DNA from: a virus
Taxonomy: Duplodnaviria > Caudoviricetes
Strand: one strand, 5' to 3'
DNA: 64,000 nucleotides
Virus record (IMG/VR): IMGVR_UViG_3300020050_007300
Span: 1-64,000 of that record
The position numbers were made by a program, and so were the translations under genes. Shown piece by piece: positions 19,118-29,143 of this stretch; position 1 is the first letter of the stretch; every line of letters starts with the position of its first letter. The notes beneath the pieces are model-generated. The model saw only the letters and a list, made by a program, of their open reading frames with translations, searched no databases and was not told the origin of the DNA.

Positions 19118-22100
19118 GATGTGTAAGCTCCACCATATACTTTAGAGCGCTGAACGATTGCTGCCATACGTTTCTCAGAGTTGGCCACCGCCTCTCGGAC
19201 AGTGGAGATTGAAGCTACATCACCGACGGTGAAGTTTTGGGTTACGTTGATTGTTTGGCCTGCCTCCGCAGAATCCTTGGTGTAAGGGTTCGCGTAGGGG
19301 TTGCTTGCTGCTGGCACGATACGTTCACCCTTGTGAATCTTAGCCATCATATCATAGGGGACGTAGTTTGTACCTACGTCAAAGCCTATTGGTGCCCTAA
19401 GCCCAATCCCGGAGCTGACACCGCTGCTGAGTCCGTAACCGCCAGAAGCTGCAACTATGCTGCTGCCGGCACCTAGGCTGCTGCCTGCACCTACACTCGT
19501 AGCACCAAGCAAGGAACTGCCGATGCTCAAGATAGAACCAAAGAGGCTGGAGCTAGCAGACTGAATTGCCATGCGGACTAGACCTTCGATCACCGAGTCT
19601 ACCAAACTGCGAAAGCTCAGCTTACCCGTAGTGACGAACTTGACCAAGGCGTCTTCCATGTTTCCGTATGCCGTTGTGAACACTTTTTCAGTCTGAGCAG
19701 CAACGTCTTCATTATTGCGCATGTAGGTACGCATAGCGTTCGTTGCGGCATCGCCATAAGAACCATTGGCTTTAGCTGCGGCTGCAGCGTCGAAAGCGTT
19801 ACCTGCAACAACACCCTTGTCGTCTACTCTTTTACCTGCAATTTTTTCGTAGTCCTGAATTAGCTGTCGCAGTTTAGCCATGCGAGACTCAAGGTCTGTC
19901 AGGGTGCCAGAGTTAGCTATCAACTCTCCCTTACCGAACAACGTGTCGTAAGAATCCTTTGCCTTAGCAAGCTCTGAGGTCAGACTCTGCAGGCCCTTGT
20001 CGTAGTCAGCCACAGCCTCTACGCGGGCTTTGTAGACCGCCACTTCCCTGTCGCCCATGCTTTTAATAGCAATGTTCATGGCGTTAACTGCTGCTAGCTT
20101 TTCTTCTGCGTCAGTATCTTTCTGCCAGAAGTCACGACTGCTAGCGGCAGCAGCGTCTAAGACTTTCTTAGTCTCCGCAACAGACGCCTGATACATCTTC
20201 TGCTGGGTCTGAATATCGTCGTCAAGGATTGCCTTGTTGGCGTTAGCCGCCGCTTGGGCGAGCATGGCCGCATCGTCTTTAGACGGCTTAGTCTTACCTT
20301 CCATCAAAGCCTTAATGTCCGACAAGGTCTGAATGCTCGCCCTTCTTACTGCTGTAAGGTTCGCGGTGGATGCCGCTTCCTGTGCAGCAACTTCGCTGTA
20401 GCGCCTGGAGGTGTCCAGAATAGCTTCAGCTTTATTTTTGATCCTGTCCTGCTCTTTCTCTAGGTCGGACTTGGGCGTGCTTGCGCCAGACCCTTTAGGG
20501 GTTCCACCTGTGAGTGTACCTTGCAAAGCTTTAATATCTGCGTCTGCCTTTTCTTTGGCTTTACGTATGTCCTCAGCTTCTTCCAAAGCAATCTTTGCAT
20601 TCGCTTTGCCAAGTGCCATACGTTTGTCTGTCAGCTCCTGCTCAGATTTGATAATCCTTGCGTTAAGAACTTCGAGCGTCGAAGCCTGCATTTTAGCTTG
20701 TATGGTGTTACCTGGGGTTGCTTTAGCAACCTTGTCACGATCAGCCTTGGCTATGTCAAGTGCTGCCTGCGAGGCGTTGACGGATTCGCTCAGTGCTGCG
20801 AAAGGCGCTGCAGGTTGGCTGCGCAACTTCCTTAGCAAAGTAAGCTTTTCAATTTCTTTGTCGAACTGCTTCAAAGTAACCGCACCCTTGGAGACAGCTT
20901 CCGCAGTAGTCTCTGTAAGCGAAGTCTTAGCGGCATCCCTGCTTGTGTACCAGGCCGCAGCAAGCATCCCTAAACCCAAGATTAGGCCTGTAACAGGGTT
21001 AGCAAGAATCAAAGCTGCCCGTCCAAGCAGGCCCATAGATGTGGCCGCACCTGCGGCTGCCACACCGGAGGCTGTCAGGGAAGAAGCTGTACCCATGCTT
21101 ACAGCGCTCATAGTCTGAGCCGCCAGGGTCGCTCTTTGGAAAGTTGCTGGCAACCCTGCAAGAACTACCGCTAAACCGCCCAACGCCGCCTGGGCCAGAG
21201 TGATAGCTTTGTACCCTACCCACAGCTGCAGGAAGGTAACAGCCACAGGTGTAACTGCGACTACCACGTCAAACAACTTACCTACGGCCGAGACCATCTG
21301 GTAGACACCCAGACTGAAAGACTCCGACTTCACGGCTTTGTCCAGAGTCTCGATGAAACCCTTGAACTTACCGGAGTTGACTTCAAAAACCTTGTCAAAC
21401 ACACTGACTAACGAACCTGACAACAGGTTCATAGCACCCTTCGTGGTGTCCATCAGACCTTTCTGAGCCTTGAACAAATCCACTTCTGAAGCTTTCTCTA
21501 TGGTGCCAAGCATCTTTTCCAGGTCTACAGTGCCTTCACGGATAGCTGCAAATAAAAGCTTAATACCACGGTTGTTCGTCAACCGCTCCATGTACTGCAT
21601 TTGCTGCTCAGGCTTAAACTGATTCAGGGCATTTTGAAGTTCTTTGATACCTTCGATGGTGGACTTCTGCGAACCATCTTCCTTAAACATCGTGAACTTC
21701 CAGGGCTTCTCCCCTACAGCACGAGTTTTATTGATCTGGTCAGCCATGTCGGCCATCGCCTTCTTAGCTGGGCCAAGTGGCGTGGACACATTACGCAGGA
21801 AGTTGATGAACGCCGTACCGCCTGCGCTGTCTTTGATGCCAGACTTAGCCAGAGCCGTCAGCAGAACCAAGGTCTCGCTCAAGGTCTTCTTGAAACCTGT
21901 GTTAACTTCGGATGCACTCTTAAGAGAGCCTGCAAGGTTCTCTACGTTTAAGGCACCTTCCTTAGTTGCAACAAACAGTTGAGCAGCCGTCTTGCCTGCG
22001 TCGTCAGACGACCGCCCAAACAGGTTGTTAGTCTGCATAACAAGGTCTGTCGAGGTTTTGAGGTCTACCATGCCTACAGTAGCCAGGGCTGCAGACGAGC

Positions 22101-23232
22101 GGACGACCTGGAGAGAACTTGCTACGTTGAGGCCCGACTGGCCCACACGCACCATTGCTTCCGCAAGTTCCTTCTGAGAGAACAAGGTTTCCTGGTCTAT
22201 GTCCCTCAGTGCTTGACGAACTACTGCTCCCTGCTCCTTGGTTGTTTGGCCAAGAACTTCCATGAATTTGATGTTGTACTCAATCTCTGAGCCTGTATCA
22301 TAAACCTTACGAGTCACATTACTGATCGCAGCGCCTGCAATTAGTGGCAGCACTCTGCCGTAAGTCAACCACATAGCGTCAAAACCTGACGCTACACCGC
22401 GCAAACCTGCATGTAGGTCAGCACTGTCTGCGCTCAGGCTCCGCATACTGCTGCCCATGCCCGAAAGCTTCTCACGGGCCGCTGCTGCCTCTGTGGCTAG
22501 AAGTCGTGTTGCAGAAGCTGAAGGAGTGACAGCAATGGCCTGTACGGGAGTGTTGGCATCGAATATTGAGTCTACCCTGCGCTGTGCAGCAAGCATCCTG
22601 CTGCTCTCCTCGTAAGCCGTTAACAGGTCCGCAGCGTTTTTCTTTACGGCGGCTACTTGCCTTTTACCATTCTCCAACGAAGTAGCCTGGTAAGCTTTAC
22701 GAATAGCATTTTCAGAAGCAGAAGCGGCTTCTAGTTTTTGCAGACCTGACTGCAGAGCATCAACTTCCATTTGAAGGTAGCTGTCTCTTGAAGGCCTAGC
22801 CGGTAAGTTTGCATCAGGGGTCTGCGCAGAGGCGAAGAGCTTGTCAGCAAGGTTTTGCGCATCCTTCGCTTTTTGCGTGACAGACCCTACCCCATATAGC
22901 TTCGGTGTCTCAATCGCTAGCTCCATACTCAGCTTCTGAGTCCGCATGTAAGCCTGCATCTCGGTCATCAGGGCTTTGAGGTTACGTGTAACCGCCGTTT
23001 GACTGCCAGACGCACCAATCTTGCTAAGCTCTTTTTCGGCTTTCTCTGCAAGCTCCTTGACTTTAGCAACGCCAACGGTAGACAGTTGTTGGAACTCTTT
23101 GGCCAACCCTGTGAGGTTGCCCTTGTCAACTTTCTGCACCATCAACAACAACTGGTCGAGCGCGTTCTCCAGGTTCTGAACCTGCTTAACTGTGCCTGCC
23201 GTGTTAAAGTCGAAACCTTCTTCTGCTGCCAT
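19114..23232 (-). CDS. Tail tape measure protein
   Basis: 1372 aa, Ala-rich helical, TP901-type core (ET.FSQ.ELAEAM..VGQSG), TM region, lambda-type C-terminal block (EDALVKFVTTGKLSF.SLV.S). Confidence 0.92.
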   Translation of the reverse strand: MAAEEGFDFNTAGTVKQVQNLENALDQLLLMVQKVDKGNLTGLAKEFQQLSTVGVAKVKELAEKAEKELSKIGASGSQTAVTRNLKALMTEMQAYMRTQKLSMELAIETPKLYGVGSVTQKAKDAQNLADKLFASAQTPDANLPARPSRDSYLQMEVDALQSGLQKLEAASASENAIRKAYQATSLENGKRQVAAVKKNAADLLTAYEESSRMLAAQRRVDSIFDANTPVQAIAVTPSASATRLLATEAAAAREKLSGMGSSMRSLSADSADLHAGLRGVASGFDAMWLTYGRVLPLIAGAAISNVTRKVYDTGSEIEYNIKFMEVLGQTTKEQGAVVRQALRDIDQETLFSQKELAEAMVRVGQSGLNVASSLQVVRSSAALATVGMVDLKTSTDLVMQTNNLFGRSSDDAGKTAAQLFVATKEGALNVENLAGSLKSASEVNTGFKKTLSETLVLLTALAKSGIKDSAGGTAFINFLRNVSTPLGPAKKAMADMADQINKTRAVGEKPWKFTMFKEDGSQKSTIEGIKELQNALNQFKPEQQMQYMERLTNNRGIKLLFAAIREGTVDLEKMLGTIEKASEVDLFKAQKGLMDTTKGAMNLLSGSLVSVFDKVFEVNSGKFKGFIETLDKAVKSESFSLGVYQMVSAVGKLFDVVVAVTPVAVTFLQLWVGYKAITLAQAALGGLAVVLAGLPATFQRATLAAQTMSAVSMGTASSLTASGVAAAGAATSMGLLGRAALILANPVTGLILGLGMLAAAWYTSRDAAKTSLTETTAEAVSKGAVTLKQFDKEIEKLTLLRKLRSQPAAPFAALSESVNASQAALDIAKADRDKVAKATPGNTIQAKMQASTLEVLNARIIKSEQELTDKRMALGKANAKIALEEAEDIRKAKEKADADIKALQGTLTGGTPKGSGASTPKSDLEKEQDRIKNKAEAILDTSRRYSEVAAQEAASTANLTAVRRASIQTLSDIKALMEGKTKPSKDDAAMLAQAAANANKAILDDDIQTQQKMYQASVAETKKVLDAAAASSRDFWQKDTDAEEKLAAVNAMNIAIKSMGDREVAVYKARVEAVADYDKGLQSLTSELAKAKDSYDTLFGKGELIANSGTLTDLESRMAKLRQLIQDYEKIAGKRVDDKGVVAGNAFDAAAAAKANGSYGDAATNAMRTYMRNNEDVAAQTEKVFTTAYGNMEDALVKFVTTGKLSFRSLVDSVIEGLVRMAIQSASSSLFGSILSIGSSLLGATSVGAGSSLGAGSSIVAASGGYGLSSGVSSGIGLRAPIGFDVGTNYVPYDMMAKIHKGERIVPAASNPYANPYTKDSAEAGQTINVTQNFTVGDVASISTVREAVANSEKRMAAIVQRSKVYGGAYTS

Positions 23233-23274
23233 TTGATGCCTTTAAAAATCGCGTGCCGCGATTTTAATTCCAAC

Positions 23275-23303
23275 CAAAGAAAAAGCCCGCATCAAGCGGG
23301 CTT
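23275..23303 (-). terminator. Intrinsic terminator after the chaperone genes, upstream of the tape measure gene
   Basis: Minus strand AAGCCCGC-TTGAT-GCGGGCTT followed by TTTCTTT. Confidence 0.65.
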
Positions 23304-23579
23304 CTCCTGTTGGGCTTCTCGTGACTTGGCTACTTCTGTTAGCCATGCTGCGTCAATCTTGGCTATTTGCTGCCAGAGGTTTGGAATCTCTAGTCGGCTA
23401 TACCCGTGGGCAAGTCCCCACATGCAGACCTCGCTAAACGGGATAGGCTCTGGGCCACCAAAACTGTGGTGCCTAGACCCTGCAAGGTCTTTCCATATCC
23501 TGTAAAAGTGTAGAAGTTCACTGTCCAGTGCGGGTCTGTTCTTGAGTGCGTCTGGGGTGGTGCCTGTCTCTTCTTCCAT
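23292..23579 (-). CDS. Tail assembly chaperone, gpT-like C-terminal part reached by -1 frameshift
   Basis: Open -1 frame runs from the slippery site at 23639-23645 (KKLSELFEWQNRWGGKIDFLLA) into MEEETG..; no good RBS before its own ATG. Confidence 0.8.
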   Translation of the reverse strand: MEEETGTTPDALKNRPALDSELLHFYRIWKDLAGSRHHSFGGPEPIPFSEVCMWGLAHGYSRLEIPNLWQQIAKIDAAWLTEVAKSREAQQEKPA

Positions 23580-23635
23580 TGCTAGAAGAAAGTCTATCTT
23601 CCCGCCCCAGCGGTTTTGCCACTCAAAAAGTTCGC

Positions 23636-24052
23636 TTAGTTTTTTTCGTCTTCTTCGTCTTTGACCAACTTGTAGTTCTCAAAGTTGTCAGCGGCAGCTT
23701 TCACATCTTCCAAGAACTGCGCATGGCTCAGCAGGGTCTTGGCATTCTCTTTCGAGTAAGCAAGGTTTTGGTCCTTGTATTTCACTTCGCCTTCCCAGCC
23801 CAGCAGGATGGTCTCAGCAAAAACACGAACCATCAACTCCTTAGACTTAGCCTTGGCCTCAGGAGTCTTACTATCCAGAACAGCCTTGTTCTGCTTGACC
23901 AGCTTGGTAATGAGGCGGGCGAAGTCTTCGTTGTTGGAACGGGCGATGGAGAACAGCTTCGCGCCCATACGGGGCAGCGTAACTTTTGCGCCTTTTTCTT
24001 CGGCTACTTCGTCAGTAGCGTAGGCGGCAAAGAAGTCAATTGCGTCGGTCAT
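23636..24052 (-). CDS. Tail assembly chaperone (gpG-like)
   Basis: Between tail tube and tape measure genes; ends GAA AAA AAC TAA containing an A AAA AAC slippery heptamer. Confidence 0.85.
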   Translation of the reverse strand: MTDAIDFFAAYATDEVAEEKGAKVTLPRMGAKLFSIARSNNEDFARLITKLVKQNKAVLDSKTPEAKAKSKELMVRVFAETILLGWEGEVKYKDQNLAYSKENAKTLLSHAQFLEDVKAAADNFENYKLVKDEEDEKN

Positions 24053-24091
24053 TTGGAATCCTGTTGGTTGTTGAGCCGGTATCGTAACACG

Positions 24092-24121
24092 AAAAAAGGC
24101 CTCGGTGTTGCCACCGAGGCC
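24092..24121 (-). terminator. Intrinsic terminator after the tail tube gene
   Basis: Minus strand GGCCTCGGTG-GCAA-CACCGAGGCC-TTTTTT, 10-bp stem with GNRA loop. Confidence 0.85.
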
Positions 24122-24159
24122 AAAACAACCAACTCACCTACCAGGAACTAAGTGGACAC

Positions 24160-25371
24160 TTAGACAGCGACGCCAATACGGTCAATGAAGATAGACTTAC
24201 GCAGAGCGGCGTTTGCGTTACCGCTGTCATTCAAACCAGTCATGTCAATTGACACCATCTGGTCTTGGTCTTTTGCAGAGGCATTCGTCTTGAAGGACGA
24301 AATGTTGCAAATTGGAATCGTGAAGATGTAGCCGTTACCAGCGTTGTCGGTAGAGCTGAAGATCAGGCTCGTGTTGACGTTCTGGCGGAACTTGGTGAAC
24401 AAGTCCTTGTTGGCGAAGTACACTTCGAGTTGGCCAGTCAAGTTGATCGTGCCGCTACCGATAGCTACTGCGCCCAGAGTGCCGACTGCTTCCTGCGAGC
24501 GCAGAGCGTTGTCATAGCTCAGAGACACAGACTTCACGAAAGTGCCGGTCAATGGTACTCCGTCCATCCACACGGCGTTTGTTGCACCGCCAACCCCTGA
24601 GTGAATGTCGTAGTTTGCGGGTGCAATTGGAGTGCCAGGCAGCAAGGTCGTGTTGCTCTCCAGGCCAGACTTACCCATGAAGTCAAAGCTCAGATCACTC
24701 AGTGCCCCAGACGCCACCTTAATGTCCACTTTGGAAGGGGTCATGCCGGTGTAGGCAATGAACACACCAATGTCGGTGTTGTTACGTTCGATGGTCCAGC
24801 TAGACTGGGTAGTACCATTAGTCAGCCGTGCCGACTGAATCTGGATGCTCTCGCCTGCGCTCACTGCGCCGGGGGTGTTCGGGTCAAGCGTGATGACCGT
24901 AGCGGTTGGGGCAGTCACAGTGCTGACACGCAGGATTTTGCCGTTGTTAGCGCCAGCACTAACAATGCGGAACCACTGGCCGGGTTGCAGCAGGGTGAAC
25001 AGGTTCACACCCGAAGTCGCAGCAGACGCAGTAATCAGAGTCGCACTGACAGAGGTGGTGGCAGTAGCTGCACCAACGCCGTTCGTGCCAAACTCAGCAA
25101 ACGTGTTTTGCAGAGTCGATTCCAGGAAGGGCTCAACAGAGTCGTAAGTCATTTCCATGGTCAGACCGCCAGAAGACTTGGCAGTAACAGGCACCACACT
25201 AGACACGGTACGAGTGGCGTTGATTTCCTTGGAAGACTCCTTGGTGATATCGAATGAAAGGGTCTCGCCGGTTACCCGGAGATTGAGGGGGTTGCCCGTG
25301 TTGGGGGTCACGCCAAAGATGGCTTCCTTGATGGCGCGGACGGCTACAGAACTGGATGAGGCTAATGGCAT
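24160..25371 (-). CDS. Major tail tube protein
   Basis: 403 aa Thr/Ser/Gly-rich, strongly biased codons, LRVTGETL and GQLEVYF..KDLF.KF motifs; upstream of G/GT chaperones. Confidence 0.8.
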   Translation of the reverse strand: MPLASSSSVAVRAIKEAIFGVTPNTGNPLNLRVTGETLSFDITKESSKEINATRTVSSVVPVTAKSSGGLTMEMTYDSVEPFLESTLQNTFAEFGTNGVGAATATTSVSATLITASAATSGVNLFTLLQPGQWFRIVSAGANNGKILRVSTVTAPTATVITLDPNTPGAVSAGESIQIQSARLTNGTTQSSWTIERNNTDIGVFIAYTGMTPSKVDIKVASGALSDLSFDFMGKSGLESNTTLLPGTPIAPANYDIHSGVGGATNAVWMDGVPLTGTFVKSVSLSYDNALRSQEAVGTLGAVAIGSGTINLTGQLEVYFANKDLFTKFRQNVNTSLIFSSTDNAGNGYIFTIPICNISSFKTNASAKDQDQMVSIDMTGLNDSGNANAALRKSIFIDRIGVAV

Positions 25372-25453
25372 GTGGATGCTCCGTTAAATGTGCTTGAGTT
25401 TAAAGGCTGTCAGCTAGACATGTATGACACTTTGTGATTCTGCACTTTCCATC

Positions 25454-25873
25454 TTACACTCCGTAGGTTTTGTCATACCAAAAAGGTATGAGCGCAGGGG
25501 TGTAGTCCCAACCTAGTTGGGTCTGTGTGCGAGAAAAAGAACTCATTAGAGTTCTCACACCCCCAAGTGTTTTCTTTTGTAGGTGCGGGTAGAAAAACTC
25601 AAGTAGCTCGTTGGCCTGTTTAGTGCCTGAGCCTTCTTTTGTTGCGGCAGCAATGTGTATCTGCCCAATAAATCTGTGGAGGGGGTCGTCAGATACGTTA
25701 ACCTGCTCGGCACCCAAAAGGAGTATCCGCACCTGTAAGAACGGATTTTGCTGTGTACGAGTATCCACAAGGATACGGTTGTCGTACTCAACCACCAAGG
25801 GGTAAGAAGTGAATGCAGCAGCTCTGGCTTCTACGGCCGTGACAATACCTTGGCGAATTAGCTCTAAGCTCAT
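25454..25873 (-). CDS. Tail terminator-like protein
   Basis: 139 aa, synteny directly upstream of tail tube; G.GT..ANELLE motif. Confidence 0.55.
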   Translation of the reverse strand: MSLELIRQGIVTAVEARAAAFTSYPLVVEYDNRILVDTRTQQNPFLQVRILLLGAEQVNVSDDPLHRFIGQIHIAAATKEGSGTKQANELLEFFYPHLQKKTLGGVRTLMSSFSRTQTQLGWDYTPALIPFWYDKTYGV

Positions 25874-26346
25874 AGCTTTCCTAAATATTTAAACTTTGTG
25901 TTAAGGTAGGCTACTACACCTTCTGGTGGAGAAATCAAATTCTCTGGACGGAAAGTAATCTGTCCGCTAGCAAGCAGAGGTGCTGTAGGCGAGTAGTTGA
26001 CCAGACGGATTATGCTATTCCATTTAACGTAAGGCAAAATTACGTCTCTGGAATATCCCAGAGAGTCTGCAATTACCTCTACGTCCCCCGCCTGCTTTCG
26101 TTCCCCTACAGGTACAGCTTTCCAGTTGTAACCTGGGGGCTTAAACTTGTTGTCGTAACTGCCCTCTTGCCGGTTAACCTCAAGTTTCCAGTTGTAGGCG
26201 TAGTCTCCTGAAAACTGCGGGCTAACCCTCACAGCTTCCTTAAGCACAATCATTGCCTGTCGACGCACGTACTCAGTAGCGCTAGCCTTAATCTTAAGCT
26301 TAGCGCTTTCTGTCTTGGCTTTCCATGCGTTGATGTTTTTTATCAT
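25870..26346 (-). CDS. Neck / tail completion protein (HK97 gp10-like; start revised to 26346)
   Basis: SPQFSGDYAYNW motif; ATGA overlap with upstream stop. Confidence 0.55.
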   Translation of the reverse strand: MIKNINAWKAKTESAKLKIKASATEYVRRQAMIVLKEAVRVSPQFSGDYAYNWKLEVNRQEGSYDNKFKPPGYNWKAVPVGERKQAGDVEVIADSLGYSRDVILPYVKWNSIIRLVNYSPTAPLLASGQITFRPENLISPPEGVVAYLNTKFKYLGKL

Positions 26347-27173
26347 TGCCTGCGGATGTGGTACTTCCAACCATCGAGTTCCGCAACCTTGTTTTGGACT
26401 CTCCAACCTGCTCCTGCAATAGCCAAACTTTGCCCAACCTGCAGCTCTACAGCAAGGACTAGTGACATATCTCCTGCCAGCATCTTTGCGTCAGCTTGTG
26501 AGGAATACTCAAAAGCTTTGTACAGGTTGAAAAATATGCCATCTACGACGGTCGTGCCGCCTGTGTAGCTATCACTGATCGGGTCGTAAACCCCAGAGTT
26601 TGCAAGTGTTACGGGTACGAGAGCAACTGCGTCCAGGGAATCGCAGCTTGCAAGTCCCATGCCGTTAATGTCTCTGTGCGACTCCCTGACCCTGAGAAAC
26701 TCAGAGCCTATACGGATATAGCTGTTCTTAGTTGGCATCTCAGCAAGGTTCATGAACACGTTGTAGAACTGGTCGTACTGTGCATCCGTCACGGTGTTGA
26801 TCGTGTTCTGCAGGAACACCCTGTGCAGGCACAGGTCCACGCCTGCCGCGCTGTTGCAGACCTGGGCAGGGGTAAGGGCCTGCCCAACGTCCGTGACCCT
26901 CTTGAGCCAGTACGTCGTTCGCACTGTTACATTTTGGAAGGCGTCAGACGTGCCGTCGCCAACAATCCACTTACCGCCAATAACGGTAAGAACCCTGCGA
27001 GGAGGGATAGTAAGGTCAGGGTGCAGGGATAGGGTTCTACGTTTAGACGTAGTGCCATCAATAGCAGCTTCGTCAAACGTACCAAACTGACCTCTGAAAA
27101 GGTACTGGTTAGAGTACCCATCGTAGAGGTCTGTGTCGTCAAACCACGTAGCTATGTCAATGAACTCAGGCAT
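26343..27173 (-). CDS. Head closure / neck protein
   Basis: 276 aa, synteny within the head-tail joining cluster. Confidence 0.45.
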   Translation of the reverse strand: MPEFIDIATWFDDTDLYDGYSNQYLFRGQFGTFDEAAIDGTTSKRRTLSLHPDLTIPPRRVLTVIGGKWIVGDGTSDAFQNVTVRTTYWLKRVTDVGQALTPAQVCNSAAGVDLCLHRVFLQNTINTVTDAQYDQFYNVFMNLAEMPTKNSYIRIGSEFLRVRESHRDINGMGLASCDSLDAVALVPVTLANSGVYDPISDSYTGGTTVVDGIFFNLYKAFEYSSQADAKMLAGDMSLVLAVELQVGQSLAIAGAGWRVQNKVAELDGWKYHIRRQ

Positions 27174-27663
27174 TGGTGACAGGGTCCACAGAAAGGGAAG
27201 CGGTTAGCATTGTGGTAAACCGGCTAGCAGTAGTTACCGCGCCAGCCGAGCCGTCAAGTGTGTTGAACGCGGCTGCAAGTCTCAGCCTTAGCGCCTGCAT
27301 CATACCATCTACACCGGAGGCTACAGACATGTAAGCATCCCGCTGACGTGTAAAAGATGCCCTACCGTCAGTGACCTCCAGCACAGCAAACATAGGCAGA
27401 GACACCAGCAGTTGTTTAGCTATGAGGTAGGGCGCGTACAAGGAGACTAGATCAAAGAACCTAGCCTGCTGCGCTGTGCGGTCACTGGCCGGTAGGGCAG
27501 AAACTGTAGTGAATAATGCGGGGATGCCTTGAGCTATGTCTTCTAAGCCCATAGTAGCAACTGTGTAGTAACCTCTAACACTGAGAGTCGCGTCTGTCAA
27601 TTCCAGACTATTAACTCCGAGGATTGCCCGGACTTCTTCAGGAGTCGTGTAAGCTCTTAGCAT
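27166..27663 (-). CDS. Head-tail adaptor-like protein
   Basis: YTTPEEVRAILGV N-terminus typical of adaptors; synteny. Confidence 0.5.
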   Translation of the reverse strand: MLRAYTTPEEVRAILGVNSLELTDATLSVRGYYTVATMGLEDIAQGIPALFTTVSALPASDRTAQQARFFDLVSLYAPYLIAKQLLVSLPMFAVLEVTDGRASFTRQRDAYMSVASGVDGMMQALRLRLAAAFNTLDGSAGAVTTASRFTTMLTASLSVDPVTNA

Positions 27664-27968
27664 TGAGGTTTAACTCCTGTGATGGTGCCAGAAAGAATAA
27701 TCTCCCTGGAAGCTGTGATAGCTTTGCAGCGCAGGACGTAGCAGCTTCCAAGAACTGCGTTCCCTACAGCCTGATTAATGACCTGCCCGTCAATCTGCGG
27801 ACTGCCAATTTTGAAGTTGGAAGGGTTGGAGTCTGTGCCGTACATCAAAACAACTTCTGTGGAGGCCGCAAGGATTGTTTCCCCTACCAACTTAGAGGCA
27901 AAGTCGAAAGAGATGACGTCTTTCTCCCCTACGTCCAGGGGCTCCAGTGTTGTGCTAACTCTTGTCAT
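27657..27968 (-). CDS. Small virion structural protein (fibre adaptor-like)
   Basis: KD..SFDF...L.GETI motif, beta-rich; in accessory structural cluster. Confidence 0.5.
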   Translation of the reverse strand: MTRVSTTLEPLDVGEKDVISFDFASKLVGETILAASTEVVLMYGTDSNPSNFKIGSPQIDGQVINQAVGNAVLGSCYVLRCKAITASREIILSGTITGVKPQC

Positions 27969-29140
27969 GACTTTACCACCCGTCTTCCTGTTGTTGATCT
28001 GACTACTCTAGGGTAAACACCTCGTAGCATAACAGCTACTTCTAGGTTCACTACCCCTGAGACTTTGCCATAAGTTGCAGTGAGCATTGCGATCTTGGTA
28101 GCAATGCTTACCGCCGTAGAGGGCTTGCTGGCACTGTTATATGCCAGTTGTGCTCCTGTTGCCCCCAGTGTAACAGAGGAGTCGGCAGCGCTCGCGGAAC
28201 TGTAGGCCAGCCTTACAGCAGTCTGCAGTGAAGTCACTGTGTTATTCTGCGCTGACGCAGTGCTACTCAAACGTACCTGGGTAGTCAGAGCTGCGGTACT
28301 ATTGTTACTACTGACAGAGTTTACGGCTAGCCGTACAGAAGTAGCCAAAGAAGCCGTGCTGTTATTAACAGCAAGGGAAACTGTGGCGATTCTTACAGCA
28401 GTTGCAAGTGCAGCAGTGCTGCTGTTGACTGTGCTAGAGCTGCTAGCAACCCGCACAGCAGTGGTCAAACTCGCTGTGCTGCTGTTAATTGACTGGCTGG
28501 CATAAGACAGACTTACAGCGCTGCCGTCTAACGTCACAGAGTTGGAGTTTGCCGACTGCGAGACATAGGCAAGTCTTACTGCGGTAGTCAGTGCTGTTGT
28601 GCTACTGTTAACCGTGGTACTGCTAGAGGCTACTCTTACTGAAGTGTTTAGTGCTGCAGTGCTGCTATTTGTCGTAGTAGCGCTGGAAGCTACAGCAATT
28701 TTCGTCGTGAGGTTTGCTGTAGAAGAGTTTACTGAGACACTGGTAAAAGAAAGCGCAGAGCCAATTGCCAGAGTAACAGAGTTACTGTTCTGGCTGACGC
28801 TATTGCTACTCAGCCGAATGGCCGTAACAAGTGCTGCCGTGGAGGCATTAACCGTTGTGGAGTTGCTAGCGACTCTAACAGAGGTGGTAAGAACTGCGGT
28901 GGAACTATTGACAGTCGCAGAATTACTCGCCAACCTTACTGCAGTAGCAAGGTTTGCCGTGGAAGAGTTTACGGTGGCGCTGTTGCTTGCTACACGTACA
29001 GAAGTGGAGAGGGCGGCTGTAGAGGAATTTACCGACGCACTGACCCAGGCGAGCGGAGTGGCATCGCTAACGGGTTTGGTTAGCCAGGCATCCCTGCGCA
29101 GCCTTACCTGCGGCTGCGGGGGTCGTCGGTAAATAGCCAC
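27965..29140 (-). CDS. Ser/Thr/Ala-rich protein built of ~16 tandem 20-aa repeats; probable virion fibre or decoration
   Basis: Repeat consensus STAxLxTxVRxAxxSxxxNS read directly from the translation. Confidence 0.7.
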   Translation of the reverse strand: MAIYRRPPQPQVRLRRDAWLTKPVSDATPLAWVSASVNSSTAALSTSVRVASNSATVNSSTANLATAVRLASNSATVNSSTAVLTTSVRVASNSTTVNASTAALVTAIRLSSNSVSQNSNSVTLAIGSALSFTSVSVNSSTANLTTKIAVASSATTTNSSTAALNTSVRVASSSTTVNSSTTALTTAVRLAYVSQSANSNSVTLDGSAVSLSYASQSINSSTASLTTAVRVASSSSTVNSSTAALATAVRIATVSLAVNNSTASLATSVRLAVNSVSSNNSTAALTTQVRLSSTASAQNNTVTSLQTAVRLAYSSASAADSSVTLGATGAQLAYNSASKPSTAVSIATKIAMLTATYGKVSGVVNLEVAVMLRGVYPRVVRSTTGRRVVKS

Positions 29141-29143
29141 GGC

